The notes beneath the pieces were generated by a model, which searched no databases, was not told the DNA's origin, and saw only the letters and a list, made by a program, of their open reading frames with translations. From Candidatus Woesearchaeota archaeon (lineage in GTDB: Archaea; Nanobdellota; Nanobdellia; Woesearchaeales; 21-14-0-10-32-9): a DNA stretch of 64,000 nt. The position numbers and the translations under genes are program-made. Below are positions 1-10,073 of the stretch, piece by piece (position 1 is the first letter of the stretch; the number at the start of each line of letters is the position of its first letter). The stretch is taken from NCBI GenBank assembly GCA_041660865.1, contig JBAZVO010000005.1:62626-126625 (forward strand), in the 5' to 3' direction.

Positions 1-2
1 GC

Positions 3-340
3 TATGCGGGAATTGAATGGGCGCCAGGTAGAGAAGTTATTTTATTTCAAGAAAAGCCAGTTTGGAGTATGGCGTATCATGGAGTATGGCGTATCAAGGT
101 CAAACAATAAATAATTTATCAGAGGCGTTTGTTGAAAAAACATTTGATTTTCTAAAAAAAGCATTACGAAATATAGATGCTACGATGCCTTTTAGAGGAC
201 CTTCGCAATTTACAGATGGAGACTTTGAATATATTTTTGTATTGAAGGGAGATTATGTTTATTTTAGAGGAAGAGAAGCTGTAAACTATAAAGGTAAAGA
301 AGTTTTTTTTCAAGATGTCATCGGAAGTTTAATTAAGTAA
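3..340 (+). pseudogene. 3' part of a conserved hypothetical gene (possibly DUF5680-like), frameshifted by a 16-bp tandem duplication
   Basis: Frame 3 is open from the window edge (YAGIEWAPGREVILFQEKPVWSMAY). After the duplicated 16-mer it continues in frame 2 (QGQTINN...SLIK, stop at 340). Removing one 16-mer copy gives a single continuous ORF. Confidence 0.6.
64..95. repeat. Perfect tandem duplication, 2 x 16 bp (GGAGTATGGCGTATCA)
   Basis: Positions 64-79 and 80-95 are identical when read directly. Confidence 0.95.
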
Positions 341-482
341 GTTTATTTCAGCGTAGTTAGGTTTGCAGAAGTAATATGACATAGGACTTAGCTTTTGGTC
401 AAGTAATAATTATTTAGATAAATTATTTTGGGCAGAGCCTTCTTTTGGCAAGTTTTAAAAAGACCAGTATTATTCTTATGCT

Positions 483-1211
483 ATGGTTATAGACTTTGAA
501 GAGTTAAGAAGAAAAGCCTTGGGAATTACAAAAGATAAGATTAAAAATTCTTATTCCAAAGATTTAATGATAATTAATGCTATTAACAATGTTGAGGAAC
601 TTGAAAGATCAATAAACTCTATGGCAAGTAGGCTAAGAGATTGGTATATGATAAAAAATCCTGAACTCGAAAAAGCAACTCCTGATAATGAACATTTTGT
701 TAAAGTGGTTTTAGAACAATCAAGTTTAGAAACTATTGAATTTTCGCAAATGGGTGCGAGTTTAGATAAAAATGATGATGCTGCAATTTTATCCTTAGCA
801 TTAATAACTCAAGGACTTGTTGAAACCAAAGTGTTTTTATTATTATATTTAGAAAAAACTATGAAGGAATATTGTAAAAATATTCATGCACTTGCAGGCA
901 CAACTATTGGTGCTAAATTATTAAGGGATGCAAAAAGTCTTAAGAAATTAGCTTCTTTGCAAAGTAGCACTATACAATTGCTTGGCGCTGAAAAAGCATT
1001 ATTTAGACATATAAAAACAGGAGCTAAATCTCCTAAATATGGGCATATTGTGAACCATCCATTAATAATTAATGCTAAACGAGATGTTAGAGGAAAAGCT
1101 GCAAGAGCATTAGCAGACAAACTTAGTATTGCAGCAAGACTTGATTATTTTAAAGGTGAATTTCTGGCGGATAAATTGTATTCAGATCTTCAACAGAGGT
1201 TTAATCATTAG
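483..1211 (+). CDS. nop5: Nop5 (Nop56/58) C/D box sRNP core protein, short form
   Basis: NOSIC/Nop domain motifs (GAEKALFRHIKTG, KYGHIVNHPLI, RGKAARALADKLSIAARLDYF). It sits directly upstream of fibrillarin, as in the archaeal operon. Confidence 0.88.
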   Translation: MVIDFEELRRKALGITKDKIKNSYSKDLMIINAINNVEELERSINSMASRLRDWYMIKNPELEKATPDNEHFVKVVLEQSSLETIEFSQMGASLDKNDDAAILSLALITQGLVETKVFLLLYLEKTMKEYCKNIHALAGTTIGAKLLRDAKSLKKLASLQSSTIQLLGAEKALFRHIKTGAKSPKYGHIVNHPLIINAKRDVRGKAARALADKLSIAARLDYFKGEFLADKLYSDLQQRFNH

Positions 1212-1297
1212 TTTAGGTTTAATCATTAGTTTAATTGATTGAATTAACAATTAGCGATTTAAGATTTATTAATATTTAAGTATGAAATTTATGAAGT

Positions 1298-1981
1298 GTG
1301 ATTATCAAAATGGAAGAAATGAACAAAGTAGGAGTTTTCAGAGATAGATATGGGAGAAAAACCATGTATTTTACAAAGAGTTTATATCCTGGTTTTAGAG
1401 GATTTGATGAACGAATAGAAAAAATAAATGGCGTTGAATATAGGGAAGTTAAGCCTGAGAGAAGTAAATTTATTGCTGCAATTGCAAAAGGATTATCACA
1501 AACAGGAGTAAGAAATGGCTCTACTGTTTTATACTTAGGGGCAAGTCATGGATATACTTGTTCATTTATGTCAGATTTAATAGGTAAAGAAGGATTTATG
1601 TTTGCGCTTGATTTTGCGCCAAGAGTTGTTAAAGATCTTGTATTTGTTTGTGAAAAACGAGGTAATATGGCTCCTATGCTTGAAGATGCTTTGCATCCTG
1701 AAAATTATTCAACAGCAGTTCCTATGGTTGATGTTGTATTTCAAGACATTGCTCAAAGAGATCAAGTTAAAATATTTTTAAGAAATTGTGATATGTTTTT
1801 AAAACCTGGAGGATTTGGTCTTCTTGCAATAAAAGCTAGAAGTATAGATGTTAGTAAGAATCCAAAACAAATATTTAAAGAAGTGAGGGCAGAAATAGAA
1901 AAACATATTCTTATTGTTGATTACAGAGAACTCGAACCTTTTGAAAAGGACCACGCATTCTTTGTAGTTAAGAAGAAATAA
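1298..1981 (+). CDS. flpA: Fibrillarin, rRNA/tRNA 2'-O-methyltransferase
   Basis: VLYLGASHGYTCSFMSDLIG and DVVFQDIAQRDQ motifs. The start may be the ATG at 1310 rather than the GTG at 1298. Confidence 0.9.
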   Translation: MIIKMEEMNKVGVFRDRYGRKTMYFTKSLYPGFRGFDERIEKINGVEYREVKPERSKFIAAIAKGLSQTGVRNGSTVLYLGASHGYTCSFMSDLIGKEGFMFALDFAPRVVKDLVFVCEKRGNMAPMLEDALHPENYSTAVPMVDVVFQDIAQRDQVKIFLRNCDMFLKPGGFGLLAIKARSIDVSKNPKQIFKEVRAEIEKHILIVDYRELEPFEKDHAFFVVKKK

Positions 1982-2007
1982 GTTAACTTAAGTAAAGAGT
2001 TGAGTTA

Positions 2008-2694
2008 ATGCAAAAATATAAACGTCAAATGCTAATTTCGGGTGTTGGAGAGAAAGGTCAGAAGAAGTTAAATTCTGCATGCATTGCAATTATTGGTGTT
2101 GGCGCAATCGGGTCTCTTTCTGCAGATTACCTTGTAAGAGCAGGTGTTGGTAAAATTATTCTTGTTGATAAAGATAAAATTGAAGAAATGAATATTCATA
2201 GACAAACTCTTTATTCAGTAAAAGATATAGGAAAAAGAAAAGTGGATGTTGCAAGGCGTGAGCTTTTAAGAGCAAATCCTGATGTTGAAATTATTGTTAT
2301 AAAAGAATATATTTCAAATGAAAATGCACATGAAATTTTAAAGAGCGCAAGTCTTATTCTTGATTGTACTGATAATATGGCTTCAAGAAAAATTATTGAT
2401 GATTATTGTCAAAAATCAAAGAAGATTTGGATTCATGCTGCTGCGTCAGGCACAAAGTGTAATGTTTTGGTTCTTGATGAACCTTCAGATTTCTCAAGGT
2501 ATTTTGGAACAGGATCTTTCGGGAATTGTTCAGAGAATGCGATTTTAGGACCTGTTGCGGGCTTAGCCTCTTGTATACAATCTGCTGAAGCAATAAAAGT
2601 AATTGTGGGTTTACCTTATTTTGAACATCTTCAAAGGTTTGATTTGTTAAATAACAAACATGAAATAATAAAAGTTAAGAAAGTAAAGAAATAA
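2008..2694 (+). CDS. ThiF/MoeB/HesA-family E1-like adenylyltransferase
   Basis: Rossmann motif IIGVGAIGS, DKDKIEEMNIHRQ, DCTDNMASR. Confidence 0.8.
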   Translation: MQKYKRQMLISGVGEKGQKKLNSACIAIIGVGAIGSLSADYLVRAGVGKIILVDKDKIEEMNIHRQTLYSVKDIGKRKVDVARRELLRANPDVEIIVIKEYISNENAHEILKSASLILDCTDNMASRKIIDDYCQKSKKIWIHAAASGTKCNVLVLDEPSDFSRYFGTGSFGNCSENAILGPVAGLASCIQSAEAIKVIVGLPYFEHLQRFDLLNNKHEIIKVKKVKK

Positions 2695-2730
2695 GATAAA
2701 GAAAAATTAAACATAAAATAATAACAAAAT

Positions 2731-5133
2731 TTATTCGATTACAACGTTAAATTCTGTTCCTTCTTCAAGATTTAACTCTTGAATTAAACCTATTGTTTTT
2801 ATATCTTTAATTAAAGGTCCAAGTGCGTTTAATTGTTCTACATTTCCAGTTATTGTAACTTTTGAAAGTTCAGCTTTTAATGAAAGTTGTCTTGTGGATT
2901 TGTGTTTTCTTAATTCCGCAATAACTTGAACTAGTAATTCTCCTGCTTTTTCAGCGTGTTCATCAATTAATTCTGGATTATATTCTGGCCAAGAACTTAC
3001 ATGTATGCTTTCTTTGCATTCTATGTCTTTGAAATACATTTGATATATTTCTTCAGTTATGAATGGCATTATTGGTGCAAAGAGTTTTATTTGAGTAAGT
3101 AGAGCATAGTACAGAGTTTTTTGTGCTGCAATTTTAGATTCTTCATTTGTTGCATTATATGTTCTATGTTTTACAAATTCTAAATAATTATCGCAGAAGT
3201 TTTGCCAGAAAAATACATCTGTTTCACGTTTTGCCGCAGAATATTCGTATTTATCAAATGAGTCAGTTACATTTTTTATTATCTTCATAAGTTTAGAAAC
3301 AAGCCATTTATCCATAACTTCTATATTTTTCAAATCAATATCTTTTAGAGGTATTGCTTTGTAATCTTGAAGATTCATTAATGTAAATTTTGATGCGTTC
3401 CAAAGTTTTGTAACTGTTTTTTTACCTGTTAATACATCTTTTTCTTGATAAGGTAAATCTTCTCCAAGTTTGGAGCCTGCAGCCCAATATCTAAGAGCGT
3501 CCGCGCCATAGTTTGTTAAAACATCTTGAGGAGGAATTGCATTTCCTTTGCTCTTTGACATTTTATTTCCTTTAGGATCAAGAACATGGCCACTAATAAC
3601 AATATTTTTCCATGGAACTTGACCTTGATGATATAATCCTTTAACTATCGTATAAAATGCCCAAGTTCTAATTATATCATGAGCTTGAGGTCTAAGAGAT
3701 ATTGGATAATTTTTCATTTTTGAATCTTTTTCTGCCCAATTAAGAATTATTTGAGGAGAGATGCTTGAAATATTCCAAGTATCCATTACATCATTTTCAG
3801 GAATTAATTTGCTTGAATCTCCTTTGTAACTTGCAGGTTTATCTAAAAATGGATCAATTGGTAATTGAGATTCATCTGCAAGAATTACTTCGCCATTTGG
3901 AGTAAACCATAGTGGAAATGGAACGCCATAAAATCTTTGTCTTGATATGCACCAATCCCAATTAAGATTTTCTACCCAGTGGATATATCTTATTTTCATG
4001 TGTTGAGGATACCAATTTATATCGTTTGCTGCTAAAAGTAATTCTTCTTTATGATCTAGTATTTTAATGAACCATTGTGCTGTTTTCATGAATTCTATTT
4101 CAGTTCCGCATCTTTCATGAACATTAACAGGGTGAGTAATATTTTGTTGGTTTAGTAAAAGATTTGCGGTTTTTAAATCAGCAATTATTTGTTTTCTTGC
4201 ATCTTTTATTGAGAGACCAGCATAATTTTTAATTGATGCTTCCATTTTTCCATCGCGTGTAAAAACAACTCTCAATGGAAGATCATATTTATTCCATTTT
4301 TCTATATCTTCTTTATCTCCAAATGTACAACACATCATTAAGCCAGTTCCTTTATCTATTGCAACTGTTTCATCAAACATTATTGGAACTTCATAATTAA
4401 ATAAAGGAACATTCGCCATTTTACCTTTTAGATGTTTATATCTAACATCCTCGGGATGAGCAAATAATCCAACGCATGCAGGTAGAAGTTCAGGCCTTGT
4501 TGTTGCGATGATTAAATCATCAGTTCCAGATTTGAAAATTATATCATTAAAATGACTTTGAAGTTCAACATTTTCAAATTCCGCTTGAGCAATTGCGGTT
4601 TGGCACAAAGGACACCAAGAAATAGGAGTTTCTTTTCTATAAATTAAGTTTTTTCGATAAAGTTCTATAAATGATTTTTGTGCTGTTTTTTGACAATGAG
4701 GATCTATTGTTGAATATGATTTACTAAAATCACAACTCATTCCTAAATTTATCCAATCTTTTATGAATTCTTTTTTTAGTTCTTGTACTGTTTGAAGAGC
4801 TAATTTTCTATATGCGTCTCGTGTAAAATCTTTACTTCTAACATTTTTTGTTTTTTCAACAAGTTTATCTGTTGGAAGGCCATTATCGTCTGTTCCAAAC
4901 GGATAGAATACATTTTTTCCTTTCATTCTCTGATATCGTACAACGTAATCTTGTTGAGCATAACTAAATGAATGACCAAGATGCATTTTTCCACTAACAG
5001 TTGGAGGAGGAGTATCAACACTATAGACTTCAGATTCGCTATTTTCATCAAATTTGAAAATTTCTTTATCTTGCCAGTAATCTGACCATTTTTTTTCTGA
5101 TTCTGTCGTGTTATAGTTTTTTGGTAGTTCCAA
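2731..5133 (-). CDS. valS: Valyl-tRNA synthetase (TTG start)
   Basis: Class I signatures PPPTVSGKMHLGH and KMSKSKGN, plus the ValRS-type ATTRPELLPACVG. Confidence 0.85.
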   Translation of the reverse strand: MELPKNYNTTESEKKWSDYWQDKEIFKFDENSESEVYSVDTPPPTVSGKMHLGHSFSYAQQDYVVRYQRMKGKNVFYPFGTDDNGLPTDKLVEKTKNVRSKDFTRDAYRKLALQTVQELKKEFIKDWINLGMSCDFSKSYSTIDPHCQKTAQKSFIELYRKNLIYRKETPISWCPLCQTAIAQAEFENVELQSHFNDIIFKSGTDDLIIATTRPELLPACVGLFAHPEDVRYKHLKGKMANVPLFNYEVPIMFDETVAIDKGTGLMMCCTFGDKEDIEKWNKYDLPLRVVFTRDGKMEASIKNYAGLSIKDARKQIIADLKTANLLLNQQNITHPVNVHERCGTEIEFMKTAQWFIKILDHKEELLLAANDINWYPQHMKIRYIHWVENLNWDWCISRQRFYGVPFPLWFTPNGEVILADESQLPIDPFLDKPASYKGDSSKLIPENDVMDTWNISSISPQIILNWAEKDSKMKNYPISLRPQAHDIIRTWAFYTIVKGLYHQGQVPWKNIVISGHVLDPKGNKMSKSKGNAIPPQDVLTNYGADALRYWAAGSKLGEDLPYQEKDVLTGKKTVTKLWNASKFTLMNLQDYKAIPLKDIDLKNIEVMDKWLVSKLMKIIKNVTDSFDKYEYSAAKRETDVFFWQNFCDNYLEFVKHRTYNATNEESKIAAQKTLYYALLTQIKLFAPIMPFITEEIYQMYFKDIECKESIHVSSWPEYNPELIDEHAEKAGELLVQVIAELRKHKSTRQLSLKAELSKVTITGNVEQLNALGPLIKDIKTIGLIQELNLEEGTEFNVVIE

Positions 5134-5227
5134 TATTTCCCCTCAGATATTACGATTACGGGGTCATTTAAATAATTTTCTGGATTTAATCTTAGAATTC
5201 CACGAGAAAAGAATTGAGGTGTCCTGA

Positions 5228-5944
5228 TTATTTTTTTCTTAGTTCGTAGATTAATATTGTTGATTGCCAAATATTGTTTTTTTTGAAAAGTCCAATTTCT
5301 CCTTTTTCAATTAGTGGAAGATATTCTTCAAGGTTATCTTGAACGAAGTTTTTAGCAGGACTTGTCAGAACATCTAATAATTTAGGATAATAGTGCTTAT
5401 TTATCTTTTGAAGAGTTGTGAGATATTGAGTTAAGGTTCCAACTGCAATTAATGCTCTTGAGTTTTTAGTCATATGTTGATGTGCACAATCTAGAAACTT
5501 TAATAGGTGTTCATTTCCTCTTTTTCCTCCATTTATTGTTTCGTTCAGAGCGTTTATTTTTTTTGCATAATTTTGAGTGATGATTTCTTGAGGTAAATTT
5601 GCAATGATGTAGTCATATGTTGAAAAGGGGGTACAAAAATATTCTCCTGTATGTCCTGAAAGTAATACATCATTAAGTGTCGCATTTTCGAGTGCAAGTT
5701 TCACTGCGTTGGGTGAAGTATCGCTAACATCAACTATGCCTCCTTGTTTGGCTGCAAGTATTCCAAGCAGGCCTGTGCCTGTGCCCATATCTAATACTCG
5801 TTCATGTGGTTGCGCTATAACATGTTCTGCGAATTGTAATCCTTGTTGTGAGGGACAAAATACATCTGGTGTGAGTTTAAGAGTAATTTGTTGATTTTTA
5901 ATTATGTACTCTTTTGTTTCTATTTTATTTATGAAGTGAGTCAT
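5228..5944 (-). CDS. Class I SAM-dependent methyltransferase (small-domain/HemK-like)
   Basis: VLDMGTGTGLLGILAA motif I. IIANLPQ occupies the place of an NPPY-like motif. Confidence 0.6.
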   Translation of the reverse strand: MTHFINKIETKEYIIKNQQITLKLTPDVFCPSQQGLQFAEHVIAQPHERVLDMGTGTGLLGILAAKQGGIVDVSDTSPNAVKLALENATLNDVLLSGHTGEYFCTPFSTYDYIIANLPQEIITQNYAKKINALNETINGGKRGNEHLLKFLDCAHQHMTKNSRALIAVGTLTQYLTTLQKINKHYYPKLLDVLTSPAKNFVQDNLEEYLPLIEKGEIGLFKKNNIWQSTILIYELRKK

Positions 5945-6048
5945 GCTTAATCACTAATTAGTAATTAATAATGAATATATCAAATTTATGCCTTTGTTTT
6001 TTTACAAAATGGATAACTATTTATATACTAAATGTAATAATAGGTTTT

Positions 6049-7005
6049 ATGAGTGTTACAAAGAAAGACTTGGAAATATTGGGTAATTTAAGTTTAAATT
6101 CGAGATCAAGTCTTACTCAAATTGCTAAAGGTGTAAAAATTAGCAAGCAAAGATTAAGTTATAGATTAAAAAGTCTTTTAGAGGAGAAAATCTTGTTAGG
6201 AAATCATGCTGTCGTTAATACTTATGCTCTTGGTCAGACACATTTTAGATGGTTTATAAAATTTCATAATATGACTATTGTTCAAGAAAAAGAATTTTAT
6301 TCTTATATTCATGATCATGCGAAGGTGTCATGGTATGCAATATGTGATGGAAAATATGATGCTGCAATAATTGTTTGGGCAAAATCTATTGCGGAATATG
6401 AACAAGTTTATAGAGAAGTTACTCGATTATTTGGTAATTTTTTTAGAAATACTCAATTTTCTATTGTAACAGAAATAAATTATTTCAAACATAATTTCTT
6501 GACGGGAACTCACGATGAAAAAAGTTTGCGCTTCGGTGTTGTTTCAAAAGAAATTAATCTAGATGAGTTGGATGACGCAATAATTTCTGAATTAAATAAA
6601 GATGCTAGACGAAATCTTGTTGATATTGCAAACAAATGTAATGTGTCAGTTAAATTAGTGCATGATAGGATTAGTAAATTACAACAAAACAAAATTATTT
6701 TGGGGTTTAATACAAAAATAGATCATAAAAAATTAGGGTTTACTCATAGAAAAGTTCAAGTATGGTTAAATGATACATCAGAAAAAACTATTAAGAGAAT
6801 TTCAGGGTATTTAAGAGAACAACCTTCAACTATTTTTACTGTATTTTGTATCGGTGGGGCTGATTTAGAATTTGAACTAATGACTAAGTCAAACGAGGAA
6901 TATTATAATATTATGAAAAAATTTAGAAATGCGTTTTCGGAACTCATTTCAGATTATGGTGAGTTTATAATTTATGATGAACCAAAGTCGGGATTGTTAA
7001 ACTAA
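6049..7005 (+). CDS. Transcriptional regulator with two tandem Lrp/AsnC-like HTH modules
   Basis: Two HTH segments (LEILGNLSLNSRSSLTQIAKGVKISKQRLSYRLKSL and AIISELNKDARRNLVDIANKCNVSVKLVHDRISKL). The start is moved to the ATG at 6049 because a TATA-like ATTTATATA (about 6019-6027) lies inside the longer ORF. Confidence 0.6.
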   Translation: MSVTKKDLEILGNLSLNSRSSLTQIAKGVKISKQRLSYRLKSLLEEKILLGNHAVVNTYALGQTHFRWFIKFHNMTIVQEKEFYSYIHDHAKVSWYAICDGKYDAAIIVWAKSIAEYEQVYREVTRLFGNFFRNTQFSIVTEINYFKHNFLTGTHDEKSLRFGVVSKEINLDELDDAIISELNKDARRNLVDIANKCNVSVKLVHDRISKLQQNKIILGFNTKIDHKKLGFTHRKVQVWLNDTSEKTIKRISGYLREQPSTIFTVFCIGGADLEFELMTKSNEEYYNIMKKFRNAFSELISDYGEFIIYDEPKSGLLN

Positions 7006-7043
7006 ATTTGATAGGTCTATTTATAGACTAAATTTTAATTAAA

Positions 7044-8201
7044 TTACTTCTTTTTTCCGACGAGTTTTAAAAATCTATGGATTGTATGTGGATGTCCTTT
7101 GATAGGCTTTGGTTTTGTATTGATGAATTTTTCATTCATGTCATGAAGTGCAATTATAAATAGCGATTCTGCCCATCCAAGAGGAGTATTTTCGTTTGGT
7201 TTATTTGTATGAGAATAATATAATTCTGGAACTCCTTCTTTTGTTTGAGTTTTAAGCATCTTATCAATGAAAGTTTGTGCTTTTTCTTTATTTCCTAAAT
7301 GTTCATATATTATTGCAAGCCAGCTAAGTCCAAAGCACCATTCAGCTTCTTCGCTATACCCATCAGGATTTCTATTGTAATAATGGTCGTTTTTATATCT
7401 AATTACTCCTTTTTCTCTAAGAAGCAGATATTCTACATTTTCAAGAATTTTAACTCTCTGATCTTTTGTAACTATGTTGTATGGGTAGATTAATGAAAGT
7501 AATGCGAGGTCTACAAATTTTGTTTTTGATTCTCTTGGAAGTAAATCATTTAGTGTTTTTTCTCCACAAGATATTAAGTATTCTGGGACATTAATGCAAG
7601 GAAGTTGTTTTATTGATTGTAATCCTGCAACACAAGCGCCTACTGATGATGCGTGTACTTCTTCATTTTCTTCCCAAACTCCATTATCATCATCTTCCCA
7701 ATATCTAACACTTTCAAGATATTTTACAAGTTTATTTACTATTCTTATTTTATCATCTGTATCAATGATTAATCTTCTGTATTTGTATTCTAGTTCGCCA
7801 ATTGTGAAAAGAATAGCGCCTATAGAATCATTTTGTTTATTGCCCCAGTCTTCCCAGAATTCGTCAAATGTTTGAGGATTAAACCTAGCGTGAATGTGTT
7901 GATATTTGTGTTCTGGTTTTTTAGCGATTGCTTGATCTATTTTAGATTCGTGTTTTAAAAATATTTCAAGAAGTGCATGATATGTTTTTTCGACAGTTTG
8001 CCAATCTCTTAGAACTTCGAATGCTAGGCATTCATAAAAATTATCTCTTAGCCAAGATTTATCGTAGCCTGTTGTTACATTTTTTTTTGAAGCAGCAAAT
8101 AAGCCTGATTCATATTGAAGATTTTTTAATATAGTAAGATGTTGTTTTACTAATCTATCTCGTGTTAAAATAGGTTTAAGCGCCGAACGTTTAATTGTCA
8201 T
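7044..8201 (-). CDS. Glycoside hydrolase family 15 (glucoamylase-like)
   Basis: GYDKSWLRDNFY, EEVHASSVGACVAGL and PLGWAESLFIIA resemble a GH15 (alpha/alpha)6 catalytic domain. Confidence 0.65.
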   Translation of the reverse strand: MTIKRSALKPILTRDRLVKQHLTILKNLQYESGLFAASKKNVTTGYDKSWLRDNFYECLAFEVLRDWQTVEKTYHALLEIFLKHESKIDQAIAKKPEHKYQHIHARFNPQTFDEFWEDWGNKQNDSIGAILFTIGELEYKYRRLIIDTDDKIRIVNKLVKYLESVRYWEDDDNGVWEENEEVHASSVGACVAGLQSIKQLPCINVPEYLISCGEKTLNDLLPRESKTKFVDLALLSLIYPYNIVTKDQRVKILENVEYLLLREKGVIRYKNDHYYNRNPDGYSEEAEWCFGLSWLAIIYEHLGNKEKAQTFIDKMLKTQTKEGVPELYYSHTNKPNENTPLGWAESLFIIALHDMNEKFINTKPKPIKGHPHTIHRFLKLVGKKK

Positions 8202-8287
8202 ATTTTCCTCTTTTTTTTAATTTTAATTAAAGTTAATATAATTAATTAGTTGTGTAACTAATTAATTAAGGATATATCAAGATTATT

Positions 8288-8500
8288 TTAATCCCAAAAA
8301 TACTTGCTATGTTTAACTTTGAATTTTTCTATTTTTGTTTTTTCTATTGTGTCTTCGAATTGTTTAATTAAGTCAAGATATGCTTGTTTTTGGCCTTCAA
8401 TAAATTCTTTTTTAGTTTGATTGGCTTGCTTTTCTAAGGCTCTTTCGGCATTTTCAAAACCTATTATGCATGCATCCATTACATGTTCTGTTGTTGACAT
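8288..8500 (-). CDS. Small hypothetical protein
   Basis: An ORF of 70 aa with no recognised motif. Confidence 0.3.
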   Translation of the reverse strand: MSTTEHVMDACIIGFENAERALEKQANQTKKEFIEGQKQAYLDLIKQFEDTIEKTKIEKFKVKHSKYFWD

Positions 8501-8716
8501 AATATTTCACCTTTATTATTTTTGATGTTTATTTTATGGTTTTTTGTGAATTTTATTATTTTTTGTCTTTTTTTATTTATAAGTGTTATGATTTTTTTCT
8601 TTAATTTGTATTATAAATAAAGATTTAAGAGTTATGTTGTATATTTGTATGAACTAGAATAATAAAATAAAAAATAAAAGTAGTTATTGACTATTTGTTG
8701 TATTTGATTTGTTGAT

Positions 8717-9040
8717 TTATTTTTTTGTCACTTTTTCTTCTTTGAAGAATTTTTTAGCAACCATAAATACAACAAATGCAATTATTACAAAGTTTATAAT
8801 TGCTGCAAGGAATGCGCCCCAGCTTATAACAATTGGACCCATTGAAAATGTTGCAGTTTGCCATGCTCCTCCTGGAATGAATGGAGTAATTATCGGCATT
8901 ATAACATAATCAACTAATGATTTTATAAGTGCTGTTGCTGCAACGCCCATGATAAATGCAATTGCAAGACCAATTACTTTGTATTCTTCTAAAAATTCTT
9001 TGAATTCTCTCATTAATTTTCCCATTTTTTCCCTCATCAT
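8717..9040 (-). CDS. mscL: Large-conductance mechanosensitive channel MscL
   Basis: FKEFLEEYKVIGLAIAFIMGVAATALIKSLVDYVIMPII and a second TM segment. The start may be an internal Met. Confidence 0.8.
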   Translation of the reverse strand: MMREKMGKLMREFKEFLEEYKVIGLAIAFIMGVAATALIKSLVDYVIMPIITPFIPGGAWQTATFSMGPIVISWGAFLAAIINFVIIAFVVFMVAKKFFKEEKVTKK

Positions 9041-9111
9041 AGTTAGATATTTTGTTTTGGTAAAGGTATAATATAAATATTTTTATAATATCAATATTTT
9101 AGTGATTCAAG

Positions 9112-9753
9112 GTGGCAGAAATACAAACAATGCTAGGGGCAGAAAATATGAGTTCTGGAAGTAATGAGTTTTTGTTAGATGTGCTTAGAAATAAAATTTT
9201 AAAAGAGCTTAAGTGTCCTCTTAAAGATTCTGCGCGTAATTTAGTTTTTGGAAAAGGTAATTCTTGTGCTAAAATATTGTTTATAGGAGAAGCACCAGGT
9301 GAAAAAGAGGATTTGCAAGGTGTGCCTTTTGTTGGAGCTGCAGGTAAACAATTAGATAAATTATTATCTTCTTTAGGTCTTAGTATTAATGATGTATATA
9401 TTGCAAATATTTTGAAATATCGTCCTCCAAATAATAGAGATCCGACGGTCGAGGAAATAAAAAGACATACGCCTTATTTGGTCGAACAAATAAAGATTAT
9501 TAAGCCTAGAATAATTGCGACACTTGGCAATTATTCGACGAAATTTGTTCTTGCTGATTTTGATCCTGACTCGATGAAAAAAATAGAAGGCATATCTTTT
9601 CTGCACGGAAAACATATAGTGAAAAAAATAGATGGCTTTGAATTCATCGTGGTGCCGTTGTATCATCCTGCAGCAATGTTGTATAAACCGTCATTGCGTA
9701 CAGAATTAGAATCTGATTTTCTTGGTATGAAGGAAATTCTAGAAGATAAATGA
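9112..9753 (+). CDS. udg: Uracil-DNA glycosylase, family 4
   Basis: [24 protein letters not shown] and HPAA motifs. Confidence 0.85.
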   Translation: MAEIQTMLGAENMSSGSNEFLLDVLRNKILKELKCPLKDSARNLVFGKGNSCAKILFIGEAPGEKEDLQGVPFVGAAGKQLDKLLSSLGLSINDVYIANILKYRPPNNRDPTVEEIKRHTPYLVEQIKIIKPRIIATLGNYSTKFVLADFDPDSMKKIEGISFLHGKHIVKKIDGFEFIVVPLYHPAAMLYKPSLRTELESDFLGMKEILEDK

Positions 9754-9790
9754 TATATTAATTTATAATTTTTTTTAATTAGATGCGTAG

Positions 9791-10066
9791 TTATTTATTT
9801 TCTAATTCTTCAAGTCTTTTTTTTGTGTTTCGTAGCGATAAGTCTAAAAGAATTTTATTTTGTTGTTCTAGGTCTACAATTCTTTTGTCTTTTTTAAGAA
9901 GTTCATCTTTGTAAATATCTATTTTTTCTTTATCGGTTAGTTCTTTTACTTTGGGAATTTTAATAATTTTTATTTCTTTAGAATTGTTTTTAATGTTTTC
10001 TATTTTTGGCTTAGACGTCTGATTTTTATTTTCAGTATTTGTTTCATTCTTTGTTTTATTTGACAT
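9791..10066 (-). CDS. Lys/Glu-rich coiled-coil hypothetical protein
   Basis: An ORF of 91 aa, last gene of the three-gene minus-strand run 12374-9791. Confidence 0.4.
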   Translation of the reverse strand: MSNKTKNETNTENKNQTSKPKIENIKNNSKEIKIIKIPKVKELTDKEKIDIYKDELLKKDKRIVDLEQQNKILLDLSLRNTKKRLEELENK

Positions 10067-10073
10067 TTGGTAA

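Noticed and set aside
884-1120. Antisense or shadow ORFs in the six-frame track. Examples: 884-1120, 2360-2593, 4923-5270, 5709-5894, 6510-6692, 7299-7875, 8709-8909, 9373-9666, 10537-10923, 11917-12174, 15578-15817, 18505-18858, 20969-21755, 22921-24295, 32047-32382, 33168-33527, 38164-38517, 48741-49118, 62889-63308 and 63527-63724.
   Set aside because: Each lies inside, or opposite to, a longer ORF with clear family motifs. Their translations are low-complexity or repetitive, as expected from shadow frames in AT-rich DNA.
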